Source of the DNA: a virus
DNA: 51,865 nucleotides
Strand: one strand, 5' to 3'
Virus record (IMG/VR): IMGVR_UViG_3300035156_000063
Shown: positions 7,501 to 16,501 of the stretch, piece after piece
How positions within the stretch are numbered: position 1 is the stretch's first letter
How the letters are laid out: each line of letters opens with the position of its first letter
Program-made: the position numbers and the translations under genes
The notes under the pieces: generated by a model
Seen by the model: only the letters and a program-made list of their open reading frames with translations
Told to the model about the DNA's origin: nothing
Database searches by the model: none

Positions 7501-7669
7501 ACAAGATATTGAGAAGCTATTAGCTAAAGAAGGTTACAAGGATGGTATTGTAGCCTCCAATGATGATGGCCTCAAGGGCTTGGCAGAGGTTAAACTTGTT
7601 CCTTTGCTGGTACGCGCCCTGCAAGAGCTTAACGATAAATTTGAGGCTTATGTAAAACTTCACCCATGA
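4562..7669 (+). CDS. Tailspike/tail fibre, 1035 aa: shared N-terminal anchor, pectate-lyase-like beta-helix, duplicated distal modules, C-terminal S74-type intramolecular chaperone
   Basis: - The N-terminus is paralogous to that of 27483-29435.
- FGARGN..DDTVALQ resembles the start of a pectate-lyase-3-type beta-helix.
- There are three F-N-x-R-x-G-x-V-x-LT motifs.
- The C-terminal SDRSVKENI...GFIAQDIEKL fits the Ser-Lys autoprocessing chaperone domain. Confidence 0.85.
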   Translation: MKLDLTDTAGGYDISSINSNFTKIEQELQTKVLYRNNPVGEPNTMEGVLDMNNHSIINVGNMQGGTLVGGTAESTSSFPFGPITATNVQDAMEQINARIIEGGGTGGTPSGVFTFNSRTGDVLLTSGDVVTALGFTPSAGGGGGSTSANSVLNVAALRTAPSVGGTQIMTRGYYTARDGGAATYYLDTTDTTSPDNGGDVIVASDGGRWKLAKGVAYSARQFGARGNSTLSSPGADDTVALQRFVNFLGTGGYKGYIPGGRYRITKRINIADNCSLYGDGWKDIRDITGYNTRNWAQSKVYGTIIYSDYVDTGPDTAVTFYIEGNSCIIEDMEFETLQPLPGPGWTCNNTPTAIWCFRGEYAEQGGNGLLLRNIMIRNYKNGIKMIGAARATIDGLFGECFHNFVDITANYDVVRINNVHINFPFYSGNSEVIKYLGANSVGITFGRVDNPVWSNIFIFYARIAMKFYTDTTPTGGFEGGVTQRLQITNLGIDLCNVGFYASDAIRLSLANFYVLCRNDPTESFNSTSRCIHNAGVLGGGYVPISMNLVNGDFQGSALECMRFDVPGVVNLSNVVIRTFNLAGTGAPAISVGNGVKVFAANVALEEPNSAPLFQVFGTGTYSDAHSGSTGGTGSGVSSFNTRSGAVTLTGTDIVNAIATTTVPINTPSTFRATNKTFPTTGTGTEISYDPNFSSGYLLAYDRGTNTYKDMAISGRNLTFQSGTAGANQGSFDINGRFLLGYATSIGSHKLQVDGEGFFSGALYALTPPTNTTGTRVATCDYVIAKVGSGGGGGGVTSFNGRAGAVTLTNTDVNAAYGAQPTFTGYPAIQTSIEGFGTIRSTNTSIPSSGTGIEISYNSSLVVGFLTCYDRSAGQYRDLGIAGRNVTFQSGNGANAASFDQNGSLLIGYPSTNGSGYKLQVNSQIYATSASIATSDRSVKENISPLKSGLKEVMKLKPVTYTFVEHKVHNFPKGTQVGFIAQDIEKLLAKEGYKDGIVASNDDGLKGLAEVKLVPLLVRALQELNDKFEAYVKLHP

Positions 7670-7872
7670 GTATTGCAAACGAAATTGCAGAGCAATTCAG
7701 CAGCCCAAGCCCGGTAGTAACTACGGGTTTGGCTGTATCAACCGCTAACATTGTGGTGGCTAATTTGCCCTTAATCGTAAACGTGGTAACTGTCATCTAT
7801 CTAGTGCTGGCTAGCTCGCACAAGGCATGGCAAATGTATAGAGAATGGAAAACTAATGCACCCAGCGAATAA
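7666..7872 (+). CDS. Holin (pinholin-like), 68 aa
   Basis: Two hydrophobic helices and a charged C-terminus. It lies immediately upstream of the SAR endolysin and overlaps it. Confidence 0.6.
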   Translation: MSIANEIAEQFSSPSPVVTTGLAVSTANIVVANLPLIVNVVTVIYLVLASSHKAWQMYREWKTNAPSE

Positions 7873-8320
7873 AGTATTGCTTGGTGTCCTGTCTGCCGGT
7901 GTAATTGGAGGCGCTGCATTGTGGGAAGGTGACAAGAGAGACCCTTACGAGGATATCGTAGGGGTTCTCACAGTGTGTTACGGATACACAGGTAAGGACA
8001 TTGTACGCAACAAGACTTATACGAAAGCAGAATGTGATTCGCTCCTTAAGAAAGAGCTTATTGTCAGCCAAACGGCTGTGATCAGGTGCACCCATGTCCC
8101 GCTATCACAGAATCAGTTTGACGCTTTCACACTGTTTACCTACAACGTGGGAACAACTGCATACTGTAATTCCAGCCTAGTAAAGAAACTTAACAAAGGG
8201 GACTACTACGGAGCATGTGATGGGCTTAAAGCTTGGTCATATGCCGGTGGTAAGTATGTACGAGGACTGAACAACAGGCGTCTCTATGAGCGTCAGATGT
8301 GCCTAGGACAGCTTAAATGA
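7856..8320 (+). CDS. SAR endolysin, T4-lysozyme-like (GH24)
   Basis: Gly/Ala-rich weakly hydrophobic N-terminus (LLGVLSAGVIGGAALW). This is followed by E-x8-D-x5-T (EGDKRDPYEDIVGVLT), the GH24 catalytic spacing. Confidence 0.85.
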   Translation: MHPANKVLLGVLSAGVIGGAALWEGDKRDPYEDIVGVLTVCYGYTGKDIVRNKTYTKAECDSLLKKELIVSQTAVIRCTHVPLSQNQFDAFTLFTYNVGTTAYCNSSLVKKLNKGDYYGACDGLKAWSYAGGKYVRGLNNRRLYERQMCLGQLK

Positions 8321-8808
8321 CTAAAGTGAACCCATACCCCTTACTATTCATTCTAATCGCTCTGGTGATCAATTACGTGGTCCACAGAGGCATTGTGAAG
8401 GTGGAAGTAAATAAAGCAGTGACAAGCGCTCAAACAACTATGAGGGTATTACATCAGGATGAACTTCTGGCTGCCTCTATTAACTCTCGTAAGAAAGAGC
8501 AAGAGATTGAAATACAATTCAAGAAAAGGGATGCTCTCAAAGATGGCCAACTTAAAACTCTTAACACTCAGCTTGCTACTGCTCTTAGTGAGTTGCACAA
8601 GCGCCCCTCCCGTGCCAGTACCCCAAACCCTACCCAGGTTACCTCAGTTACAGCCTCCTGCACAGGAACCCAGCTTTTTAAAGAGGATGGACAGTTTCTT
8701 GCAAGGGAAGCTGCCAGAGGGGACAAAGTAATCATTGAACGCGATTACTACTATCAACAGTATGAAGAAGCTAGGAAGATGTTAAATGAATATTCGAATT
8801 CCCACTAG
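8317..8808 (+). CDS. Rz: i-spanin (Rz-like)
   Basis: N-terminal TM helix (YPLLFILIALVINYVV) and a coiled-coil-like periplasmic part. It contains an embedded +1-frame lipoprotein ORF. Confidence 0.7.
   Translation: MTKVNPYPLLFILIALVINYVVHRGIVKVEVNKAVTSAQTTMRVLHQDELLAASINSRKKEQEIEIQFKKRDALKDGQLKTLNTQLATALSELHKRPSRASTPNPTQVTSVTASCTGTQLFKEDGQFLAREAARGDKVIIERDYYYQQYEEARKMLNEYSNSH
8531..8731 (+). CDS. Rz1: o-spanin (Rz1-like) embedded in the i-spanin gene
   Basis: The start is at 8531 or 8543. Signal sequence LLTLSLLLLLVSC with an L-V-S-C lipobox, and a Pro-rich mature part (TSAPPVPVPQTLPRLPQLQPP). Confidence 0.7.
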   Translation: MLSKMANLKLLTLSLLLLLVSCTSAPPVPVPQTLPRLPQLQPPAQEPSFLKRMDSFLQGKLPEGTK

Positions 8809-9301
8809 AGCACAAATGCAGGATTCCACGGGACGGCCTCTGACACAGGGGCTGTTTCTCGAAGTGGGATACGGAGAGTCGGCTGTCTATACGCTTAAGG
8901 AACAGGATCACGAGCTTAATGACAAGCGCTACCTATCCCTTAAGCGTCTTTATCTTGAATGTGCTGATCCAACGGAGTATGAATTTGCAACCACCTATCT
9001 CTTAGGTTGGAAACATTGGCTTCGTCTATGTGAGAATAAGATGCTAAGGGCCCACATTGATGAATGGCGTGATGAGCTTGAGATTAAACTTCGTTCAGCA
9101 GCCATCAAACACATCCTAGAAACGTCTACCGGGCCCATGGCTAATGTCCAATCGGCTAAGTGGGTGGCAGATAGGGGTTGGGCTGTTAGGGGCGCTGGAA
9201 GGCCATCTAAGGCGGATGTAGAGCGTGAGAAGAAGATTCAAGCAGGTATGGTTGGCGAGTATGATGCTGACATTCTGCGTCTTGTAAAGAAAGAAGGATA
9301 A
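8786..9301 (+). CDS. Putative small terminase subunit, 171 aa
   Basis: Called on position only: it lies directly upstream of the large terminase. No motif recognised. Confidence 0.35.
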   Translation: MNIRIPTRAQMQDSTGRPLTQGLFLEVGYGESAVYTLKEQDHELNDKRYLSLKRLYLECADPTEYEFATTYLLGWKHWLRLCENKMLRAHIDEWRDELEIKLRSAAIKHILETSTGPMANVQSAKWVADRGWAVRGAGRPSKADVEREKKIQAGMVGEYDADILRLVKKEG

Positions 9302-10909
9302 ATGGAAGACCAATGGCTAGTTGAAGCGAGGAAGAAACTAGAGAAGATGCCCGAAGAGGCTAAGCAACTCAGAGAAGCAGCGAAGAATGATCTCTACTTG
9401 TTTGCAAAACTAGTCAATCCCGGCTACATGTATGGAGACATCCATAAAGAAATCTTTAAATGGATGGAGGAATATGCCTTGTTTGGTCAAGGTAATTCCC
9501 AAATTAGTAACAAACTCATTATGCTGCCACGAGCACACCTAAAGAGTCACATGGTGGCAACTTGGGCCACTTGGATTATCACTCGCCACCCTGAGGTAAC
9601 AATTCTCTATGTATCGGCCACAGCATCGCTGTCAATCGCTCAGCTTTACGCGATTAAAAACATCCTCACCAGCGCTGCATATTCACGATATTTCCCAGAA
9701 TATGTCCACCCTCAAGAGGGAAAGCGTGAGAAGTGGTCTCAAGATGCCATTAGTATCGATCATCCCAACAGAAAGAAAGAGGGCGTTCGAGATGCTACGA
9801 TTGCAACTGCTGGCCTCACTACAAACACTACCGGATGGCACGCAGATATTCTCATCCCAGATGACTTGGTAGTACCAGAAAATGCATACACAGAGGATGG
9901 ACGAGACAGTGTCATGAAGAAGAGTTCTCAGTTCACCTCTATCTTGAATGCTGGTGGTTTCACAATGGCTTGTGGCACTCGCTATCATCCGTCAGACATC
10001 TATGCCGATTGGAAGGTTCAAGAATATGACCTGTACAACGATGAAGGGGATGTTATTGACCGAGTGCCCGTGTGGGAGATTAGAGAATACGCAGTGGAGA
10101 AGGATGGCAACTTCATCTGGCCCAAGACTATGCGCCCTAGTGACAAGAAATTCTTTGGGTTTGACCAGCAGGTTTTAGCCAAGATTAGAGCACAGTACGG
10201 AGACCGTACCCAGTTCTTTGCCCAATACTACAACGATCCTAATGACCCAGGAAGTAACCGAATTGATAGGAATAAGTTCCAATATTATGACAAAAAATGG
10301 CTGGTTCAAGAAAACGGTAATTGGTATTACAAGAAAAGTAAACTCAACGTCTACGCTGCCATGGATTTTGCGTTTACGCTCTCTCGCAAATCAGACAGCA
10401 GTGCTATTGTTGTTGTTGGTATTTGCTCTGATGGGTTTATTTATGTACTAGACATGGACTGGTTTAAGACTGACAAGATTGGGGAATACTTCAATCGTGT
10501 CTCTGCTATGCATAGTAAATGGGAGTTCAAGAAGCTCCGTGCTGAGGTTTCTGTTGCTCAGGGCCTAATTGTACGTGACCTTAAGGATCAGATGCGTAGA
10601 GAGGGTCTAAGCCTGTCTATTGACGAATATCGCCCTAACAAGAGCGAGGGTAACAAACAAGAGCGTATTGCGGCTGCATTGGAGCACAAATACGACAACA
10701 TGACTATCTGGCATTACAAGGGCGGATACACAGACATCTTGGAAGAAGAACTCATTCAAGCACGTCCTGCCCATGACGACTTAAAGGATGCACTGGCATC
10801 TGTTGTTGAAATTGCTATTAAGCCTAAGACCAACAGAAGCTTCAAGGGATTCAATGCTGATCCTGTCCAATACTCTTCCCGCTTTGGCGGGGTAGCTTTT
10901 AGAAACTAA
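9302..10909 (+). CDS. terL: Terminase large subunit
   Basis: Walker-A-like LPRAHLKSH, Walker-B-like ADILIPDDLV, a C-terminal nuclease-like half, and a position upstream of the portal gene. Confidence 0.8.
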   Translation: MEDQWLVEARKKLEKMPEEAKQLREAAKNDLYLFAKLVNPGYMYGDIHKEIFKWMEEYALFGQGNSQISNKLIMLPRAHLKSHMVATWATWIITRHPEVTILYVSATASLSIAQLYAIKNILTSAAYSRYFPEYVHPQEGKREKWSQDAISIDHPNRKKEGVRDATIATAGLTTNTTGWHADILIPDDLVVPENAYTEDGRDSVMKKSSQFTSILNAGGFTMACGTRYHPSDIYADWKVQEYDLYNDEGDVIDRVPVWEIREYAVEKDGNFIWPKTMRPSDKKFFGFDQQVLAKIRAQYGDRTQFFAQYYNDPNDPGSNRIDRNKFQYYDKKWLVQENGNWYYKKSKLNVYAAMDFAFTLSRKSDSSAIVVVGICSDGFIYVLDMDWFKTDKIGEYFNRVSAMHSKWEFKKLRAEVSVAQGLIVRDLKDQMRREGLSLSIDEYRPNKSEGNKQERIAAALEHKYDNMTIWHYKGGYTDILEEELIQARPAHDDLKDALASVVEIAIKPKTNRSFKGFNADPVQYSSRFGGVAFRN

Positions 10910-10920
10910 TAAGGAAACAC

Positions 10921-12672
10921 ATGGCAAAGAAGCCTTTAGAAGTAGGTGCTGCATTCGGACGTGATGGGCTGGCTAAGTACATTGCAATCACATGGCACAA
11001 CTATAACAGTCAGCGATTCCAACAGATCGCACAGTGGAAAGAACTTCGTAACTACATCTTCGCTACTGATACGACTACGACCACCAATCGGTCCCTCCCT
11101 TGGAAGAACTCTACTACCCTTCCTAAGCTATGTCAGATTAGGGATAACCTCCATTCCAACTACATTAGCGCATTGTTCCCTAATGATGATTGGCTTAAGT
11201 GGGAAGGCTACTCCCAGAATGACTCTACGAAGCAGAAGAAGAAAGCTATTGAAGCCTACATGTCCAACAAGACACGAGAAGGCCACTTCAGGACCGAAAC
11301 TAGCAAACTGCTGTATGACTATATTGATTATGGTAATTGCTTCTCTACGGTCGATTTTGAGGCTTCCTACATCGAGAATGACAAAGGAGAGAAAGTAGTT
11401 GACTTCATTGGCCCTCGTGAGCGTCGTATCAGCCCTCTGGATATTGTATTTAATCCTCTGGCTAATAGTTTTAAGGATAGCTTCAAGATTATTCGTAGCC
11501 TGAAGACTATTGGTGAACTCCGAATCATGGCACAGAATGAGCCAGAGAATGCTTATCTAGAGAAGGCCCTTAAGAAGCGTGACACAATGATTGCGCATAT
11601 GAATGCCTATGGTCTTGAGGAGAGTGACAAGAGCGAAGGGCTGATGCTGGATGGCTTTGGAAACTACAGCGAGTATCTGCAATCGGGATATGTCGAGGTG
11701 TTGGAGTTCTGGGGCGACATTAGCGATCAGGATAAAGGAACTGTAGATTGTGGACGTGTAGTTACTATCATCGACAGGATGTATGTAATCCGCAATAAGC
11801 CTATTCCTAGCTGGTCTGGGAGCGCTCCAATCTTTCACTGTGGGTGGCGTACCCGCCCTGACAATCTGTGGGCTATGGGGCCTCTGGAGAACCTTGTGGG
11901 CATGCAGTATCGAATTGACCACCTTGAGAATCTTAAGGCAGATGCAATGGACTTGGCTGTCTTGCCGCCTCTGCTTATCAAAGGGGAAGTGGAAGAGTTT
12001 AAGTATGGACCCGGTGTGGAGATTCACATCGATGAGAACGGAGATGTCGTAGAACTTGCTAAGAATGTTCAATGGGTTATCCAGAGCGATAACGCAATCA
12101 ACATCCTTGAGCAACGTATGGAGATGTATGCTGGTGCTCCTCGGGAAGCAATGGGTATTCGATCTGCTGGTGAGAAGACAGCATTTGAGGTTCAACAACT
12201 TCAGAATGCTGCTGGACGTATCTTCCAAGAGAAAGTGTCTACGTTTGAGATTGAGATGCTTGAGAAGACCCTGAATGCTATGTTTGAAGTTGCTAAGCGT
12301 AACATGGACAGGGACGATGTGATTCGTGTGATTGATGATGACTTGGGTGTTCAACAGTTTATGTCGATTACTAAAGAGGACATCACGGCTTCTGGTAAGC
12401 TCCGTCCTATTGGAGCACGCCACTTTGCCGCTCAATCCCAGCTCTTGCAGAATCTGACAGGAATCTTTAACTCTCCTATTCTTCAAGTTGTATCTCCGCA
12501 CCTCAGCGGTAAGAATCTGGCTAAACTCTTGGAAGACGTCATGGGCCTTGGTCGGTATTCGTTGTTTGCCCCTAATGCCTCTATCTCGGAACAGCAGGAG
12601 ACTCAGCGTATGGTCAATCAAGCACAAGAGGATTTGACTGTTGAACAAAGTATGACACAAGACCCTATCTAA
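10921..12672 (+). CDS. Portal protein, 583 aa
   Basis: Called on size and position between terL and the scaffold/capsid genes. No diagnostic motif verified. Confidence 0.7.
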   Translation: MAKKPLEVGAAFGRDGLAKYIAITWHNYNSQRFQQIAQWKELRNYIFATDTTTTTNRSLPWKNSTTLPKLCQIRDNLHSNYISALFPNDDWLKWEGYSQNDSTKQKKKAIEAYMSNKTREGHFRTETSKLLYDYIDYGNCFSTVDFEASYIENDKGEKVVDFIGPRERRISPLDIVFNPLANSFKDSFKIIRSLKTIGELRIMAQNEPENAYLEKALKKRDTMIAHMNAYGLEESDKSEGLMLDGFGNYSEYLQSGYVEVLEFWGDISDQDKGTVDCGRVVTIIDRMYVIRNKPIPSWSGSAPIFHCGWRTRPDNLWAMGPLENLVGMQYRIDHLENLKADAMDLAVLPPLLIKGEVEEFKYGPGVEIHIDENGDVVELAKNVQWVIQSDNAINILEQRMEMYAGAPREAMGIRSAGEKTAFEVQQLQNAAGRIFQEKVSTFEIEMLEKTLNAMFEVAKRNMDRDDVIRVIDDDLGVQQFMSITKEDITASGKLRPIGARHFAAQSQLLQNLTGIFNSPILQVVSPHLSGKNLAKLLEDVMGLGRYSLFAPNASISEQQETQRMVNQAQEDLTVEQSMTQDPI

Positions 12673-12923
12673 TGAAAACAGTATGGACTAAAGGACTTAC
12701 CCCACAACAGGCCCTTGCTTGTCGTGGGGACTTCGTAGGAGCAGCACCCTTCCGGGACCGTCTAACAACGCTTCTGGAAGCTAAAGCTAACGAGAAAAGA
12801 AAGGCTACCCGTAGTGGAAACGCCTATGATAATCCTAATTGGGCTCTTGTACAAGCAGACGCTATTGGGTACGAAAAGGCCCTATATGAGGTAATTTCAC
12901 TTATTTCACAAGAAAATGTATAG
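12672..12923 (+). CDS. Hypothetical protein, 83 aa
   Basis: ORF whose start overlaps the portal stop (TAATG). Confidence 0.55.
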   Translation: MKTVWTKGLTPQQALACRGDFVGAAPFRDRLTTLLEAKANEKRKATRSGNAYDNPNWALVQADAIGYEKALYEVISLISQENV

Positions 12924-12970
12924 TTTAGACGAAATTTCCGATATTAGTATATACTAAGGATATAGTAAGT
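12914..12970 (+). promoter_or_regulatory. Conserved intergenic element, copy A (AAATGTATAGTTT..AAATTTCCGATA..CTAAG..GTAAG)
   Basis: Aligns by eye with 51545-51592 in the same orientation. The 13-mer AAATGTATAGTTT is shared exactly. Confidence 0.6.
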
Positions 12971-13073
12971 ATATAAGAATTACTAACTAACTATAATACT
13001 ACTAACAAATACAAATACTAATACTGACTATTCCTATATTTATAATTATATAGAGATAGTCTTTGACCTTCAT

Positions 13074-13144
13074 GCGTTCCTAGTTTAATGGTAGAACCCC
13101 TTCCTTCCAAGTAGGTGGTGAGAGTTCGATTCTCTCGGTACGCT
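13074..13144 (+). tRNA. tRNA-Gly (anticodon UCC)
   Basis: - Hand-folded cloverleaf: acceptor GCGTTCC/GGTACGC with one U-U mismatch.
- D stem GTTT/GAAC.
- Anticodon stem CCTTC/GTAGG with one mismatch, loop CTTCCAA.
- T arm GAGAG-TTCGATT-CTCTC.
- No encoded CCA. Confidence 0.65.
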
Positions 13145-13227
13145 CTTCTAATACGTAATACAGGGAAATCCCTTAATTGGGGAACGTTCAATACGTTCGT
13201 TACGTTCAATTCATATAAAGGATACTA

Positions 13228-14058
13228 ATGGCAGACCAGCCTAGTATTTTCGGTAATACCCCTAATACGGATACCAATCCAAATCCCGCTGGTAGCAATC
13301 CAGCACCTGCTCCTCAAGATGACGTAGCTACCCTGCTAAGCGCCATTAAGAATGAGCGAGGAGAGCCTAAGTATAGTGACCTTAATACGGCCCTACGAGC
13401 CCTTCAAGCGTCTCAAGAGTTTATCCCTAGCCTGAAGTCTCAATATGAGACAGAGAAGGCGGAAGCTCAAAGGCTACGTGAAGAAGTGTCTCGTTTGCGT
13501 ACGATTGAGGAAACGGTAGCGGCTCTCAGCCAAAGGCAGCCAGAAGCTCCTGGAACACCACCAGCAGTAGGCTTGACTGAAGGTCAAATTGCTGAACTAG
13601 TGAATCGTACTCTTACGCAAAAAGAACGTGAAACTGTACAACAGACTAACATTCAAACCGTTGTCTCTTCCCTCCAGCAATCTTTCGGTGCTGATGCAGA
13701 GAAGAAGTACAACGCTAAAGCGCAAGAATTAGGAATGACGATGGAAGAGATGAACACTCTTGCTTCTAAATCCCCTAAGGCGGTTCTTTCGATGCTTGGC
13801 GTATCTGGGCAACCTGCTCCTAAGCAGACTACCTTTGCCACCCAAAGCTCTGTCAACACATCGGCTTTTCAGCCACAACCAGAGAGTTATGTAGGACGTA
13901 ATCCAAATCCCACCCTAATCGGGGCTACGAGCCAAGACCTTCATCAAGAAAGCCAATTGGCTAAGAAGATGGTTGATGAACTCCACGCACAAGGTATGAG
14001 TGTATACGATCTTACAGACCCTAAAGTCTACTTCAAACATTTCAGGAATAACAAATAA
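13228..14058 (+). CDS. Putative scaffolding protein, 276 aa
   Basis: It lies between the portal and capsid genes. The N-terminus is low-complexity and the body is charged and helical-looking. Confidence 0.55.
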   Translation: MADQPSIFGNTPNTDTNPNPAGSNPAPAPQDDVATLLSAIKNERGEPKYSDLNTALRALQASQEFIPSLKSQYETEKAEAQRLREEVSRLRTIEETVAALSQRQPEAPGTPPAVGLTEGQIAELVNRTLTQKERETVQQTNIQTVVSSLQQSFGADAEKKYNAKAQELGMTMEEMNTLASKSPKAVLSMLGVSGQPAPKQTTFATQSSVNTSAFQPQPESYVGRNPNPTLIGATSQDLHQESQLAKKMVDELHAQGMSVYDLTDPKVYFKHFRNNK

Positions 14059-14999
14059 TGGCACAAAACCGCCCTAATACCTCTGCTTTCATCGAAAGCG
14101 AGCAGTATTCTTCGTTCATTCTCCGTAACCTGCATGATGGTATGCTTCCAGGAGCAATGTTCCGTAACGTATCGGACTTCGGTTCGGGTAATACGCTGCA
14201 CATCAAAACCATTGGCACTGTAACCATTCAGGATGGTGCTGAAGAAGTTCCATTCGATTACACGCCAATTGAATCGGGTGAAGTTACCCTGACCATCACT
14301 GACTATGTTGGCGATGCTTGGTACGTCACTGACGAACTGCGTGAGGATGGTACTCAAATTGAAGCTCTGATGTCTGCTCGTGCAAGCGAATCGACTCGTG
14401 CTATTCAAGAGACCTTTGAATCGCGCTTCCTGCGTAAGGCTAATAGCTCGCAGATCAATGCCAACCCTAACACGGTTAATGGCTTCCCACACCGGATTGC
14501 ATCGACTGCACCAAACAATGTCTTCACCCTTGATCTTCTGATTAAGATGAAGCTGGCGTTTGACAAGGCCAATGTACCTATGGCTGGCCGTATCGCAATT
14601 CTCGATCCTGTTGCTGCTGCCACTCTGGACGGTCTGGTATCGATTGGTCGTGATGTAACCCCATTCGGTCAGAAGATTCTGGAGAACGGCTTTGACCGCG
14701 ATCACCAGTTCCTGATGAACTTCTATGGCTGGACTATCATCACCTCGAACCGTCTGCCTACTGGCACGTTCTCGGATGGCACCACCACTGTTACTAATGG
14801 TGTGGCTAACATCTTCATGAGCGTAGCTGACGATAACACCAAGCCAATCATGGCTGCATGGCGTCGTATGCCTAAAGTAGAGGGCGAACGTAATAAAGAC
14901 CTGCGTCGTGACGAATTCGTTACTTCGGCTCGCTGGGGCTTTGGTACGCAACGTGTTGACACCCTGGGTGTTGTCATTACCTCCGCTGTCAACTCTTAA
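14058..14999 (+). CDS. Major capsid protein, 313 aa
   Basis: Position after the scaffold gene, size, and a strong terminator two genes downstream. No motif verified. Confidence 0.7.
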   Translation: MAQNRPNTSAFIESEQYSSFILRNLHDGMLPGAMFRNVSDFGSGNTLHIKTIGTVTIQDGAEEVPFDYTPIESGEVTLTITDYVGDAWYVTDELREDGTQIEALMSARASESTRAIQETFESRFLRKANSSQINANPNTVNGFPHRIASTAPNNVFTLDLLIKMKLAFDKANVPMAGRIAILDPVAAATLDGLVSIGRDVTPFGQKILENGFDRDHQFLMNFYGWTIITSNRLPTGTFSDGTTTVTNGVANIFMSVADDNTKPIMAAWRRMPKVEGERNKDLRRDEFVTSARWGFGTQRVDTLGVVITSAVNS

Positions 15000-15012
15000 T
15001 AAGGAATAGAAT

Positions 15013-15498
15013 ATGCCGTTTCAAAATCAAGCAGGTCTTGGTGTTAACAACTTCTACGGTGCCCGAGATGTGGGCACTAGTGTAGGAGTTGAACAATCCT
15101 CGGATGGTATCCATCAGCTCTCGATTGCCTTCACTGGTGACTCGCTGCAAGATGCCTATATGCCCCCATACTTCATTCTGAAGGGTGCGCTGTTTAAGCG
15201 TGCTGTTCTTCGAGTGGATGAGGCATTCAATATTACCGGTACTAATCCAACCATCATCTTCGGATCGACGGGTTCGGAAGCTACCAATGGCTTTGTGCTG
15301 TCGGAAGCTGAGCTGGAAACTGTAGGCACTAAAACTCCTGCTTCGGTAGGTGTTGGTACTTGGGCGCAAACCTCTTCGACTGGTGTTCTCGCCAATGCGA
15401 AGGTGGGGCGTGTTCTTGGTGGTACTACTCCAGTTGTTGTTAAGGGCCAAGGAAAAGCAACTCTGATTCTTGAGTTCTTCTACAAAACTAAAGTGTAA
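15013..15498 (+). CDS. Hypothetical virion protein, 161 aa (possible capsid accessory/decoration protein)
   Basis: It lies immediately after the capsid gene and before the terminator. Confidence 0.5.
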   Translation: MPFQNQAGLGVNNFYGARDVGTSVGVEQSSDGIHQLSIAFTGDSLQDAYMPPYFILKGALFKRAVLRVDEAFNITGTNPTIIFGSTGSEATNGFVLSEAELETVGTKTPASVGVGTWAQTSSTGVLANAKVGRVLGGTTPVVVKGQGKATLILEFFYKTKV

Positions 15499-15505
15499 TT
15501 TCTTA

Positions 15506-15542
15506 AAGGGAGGGGATTGTAAAATGTCCCTTCCCTTTTTTT
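15506..15542 (+). terminator. Strong rho-independent terminator after the capsid genes
   Basis: An 11-bp stem (AAGGGAGGGGA/TCCCTTCCCTT with one G-U pair), a 10-nt loop, then a T7 tract. Confidence 0.8.
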
Positions 15543-15563
15543 ATTTAAAATTTAGGAATACAC

Positions 15564-16319
15564 ATGAAGTACACCTTGCTAGAAATGGTGCAGGACATTC
15601 TCAATGATTTAGATTCAGATGAGGTGAACAGCATCAACGACACTGTTGAAAGCCAACAGGTTGCACAGATTATCAAGACCAGCTTCTATGAACAAATCGC
15701 TAATAGAAACTGGCCCCATCTCCGTAAGCTTATTCAGCTTGAGAGCTTGGGAGACGTAACAAAGCCTAACTACCTCAAGATTCCTAAGGGGATGAAAGAA
15801 CTAATCTCTCTGCGCTATGATGTGCATGACGTAGATCAGCTCTCTTATCGGATGAATGAATTGAAATACAAAGAGCCAGAGGCCTTCCTTCGTAACGGAT
15901 ATGGTCGAACCATTAATAGCCCTGACATTATTCAGGTGAGAGACTTTAGTGGTTCCATCCTCCACATCCGTAATGATCGTGCTCCTAACTATTGGACCTC
16001 GTTCGATGACAAGCACATTGTCACTGATTCTTATGATGCTGGGGTAGACGATACGCTACAGAAAAGTAAGACACAGTGCATGGCATACATTGAGCCGAAA
16101 TGGGTTCATATGGACAGTGCTATTCCTGATCTGCCTGATGAGGCGTTCCCCGGATTGCTGGAAGAGGCTAAGAGTACCGCCTTTCTTGTATTGAAGCAGA
16201 TGGCTAACCAGAAGGCAGAACAAAAGGCCGCTAGGCAATCGAGATGGCTGTCGAGGAAGGCATGGACAGTTAAGGGTGGCATCCAATATGAAAACTACGG
16301 ACGTAAGGGAAGACGATGA
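15564..16319 (+). CDS. Head-tail adaptor / tail tubular protein A-like, 251 aa
   Basis: Called on position and size in a T7-like order (capsid, small tube protein, large tube protein). Confidence 0.4.
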   Translation: MKYTLLEMVQDILNDLDSDEVNSINDTVESQQVAQIIKTSFYEQIANRNWPHLRKLIQLESLGDVTKPNYLKIPKGMKELISLRYDVHDVDQLSYRMNELKYKEPEAFLRNGYGRTINSPDIIQVRDFSGSILHIRNDRAPNYWTSFDDKHIVTDSYDAGVDDTLQKSKTQCMAYIEPKWVHMDSAIPDLPDEAFPGLLEEAKSTAFLVLKQMANQKAEQKAARQSRWLSRKAWTVKGGIQYENYGRKGRR

Positions 16320-16501
16320 TTGTAAGTTATAACGGCTACGATATTAAGCCAGCACGAGAAGTACCAACCAGTTACATCATTGTAACGTCAGGCAAGGGAG
16401 GGAAGATTCCTAATATCCTGTCTGGTCTGTACACCACACCCACTTACGCTAAAGAAGCTGTAGACAAGTATCTAGAGACTAAGCCGAAGAAGGAAGAATA
16501 A
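16316..16501 (+). CDS. Hypothetical protein, 61 aa
   Basis: ORF overlapping both neighbours (ATGA and TAATG). Confidence 0.5.
   Translation: MIVSYNGYDIKPAREVPTSYIIVTSGKGGKIPNILSGLYTTPTYAKEAVDKYLETKPKKEE

Noticed and set aside
11557-12660. 367-aa ORF antisense to the portal gene. The same applies to 14028-14951 (antisense to capsid), 47240-48475 (antisense to GATase), 44928-45692, 49719-50360, 6065-6814 and 23309-23962.
   Set aside because: All lie fully inside longer ORFs on the opposite strand that have recognisable motifs or operon context. Their translations are Leu/Ser/Arg/His-rich, as expected for antisense frames.
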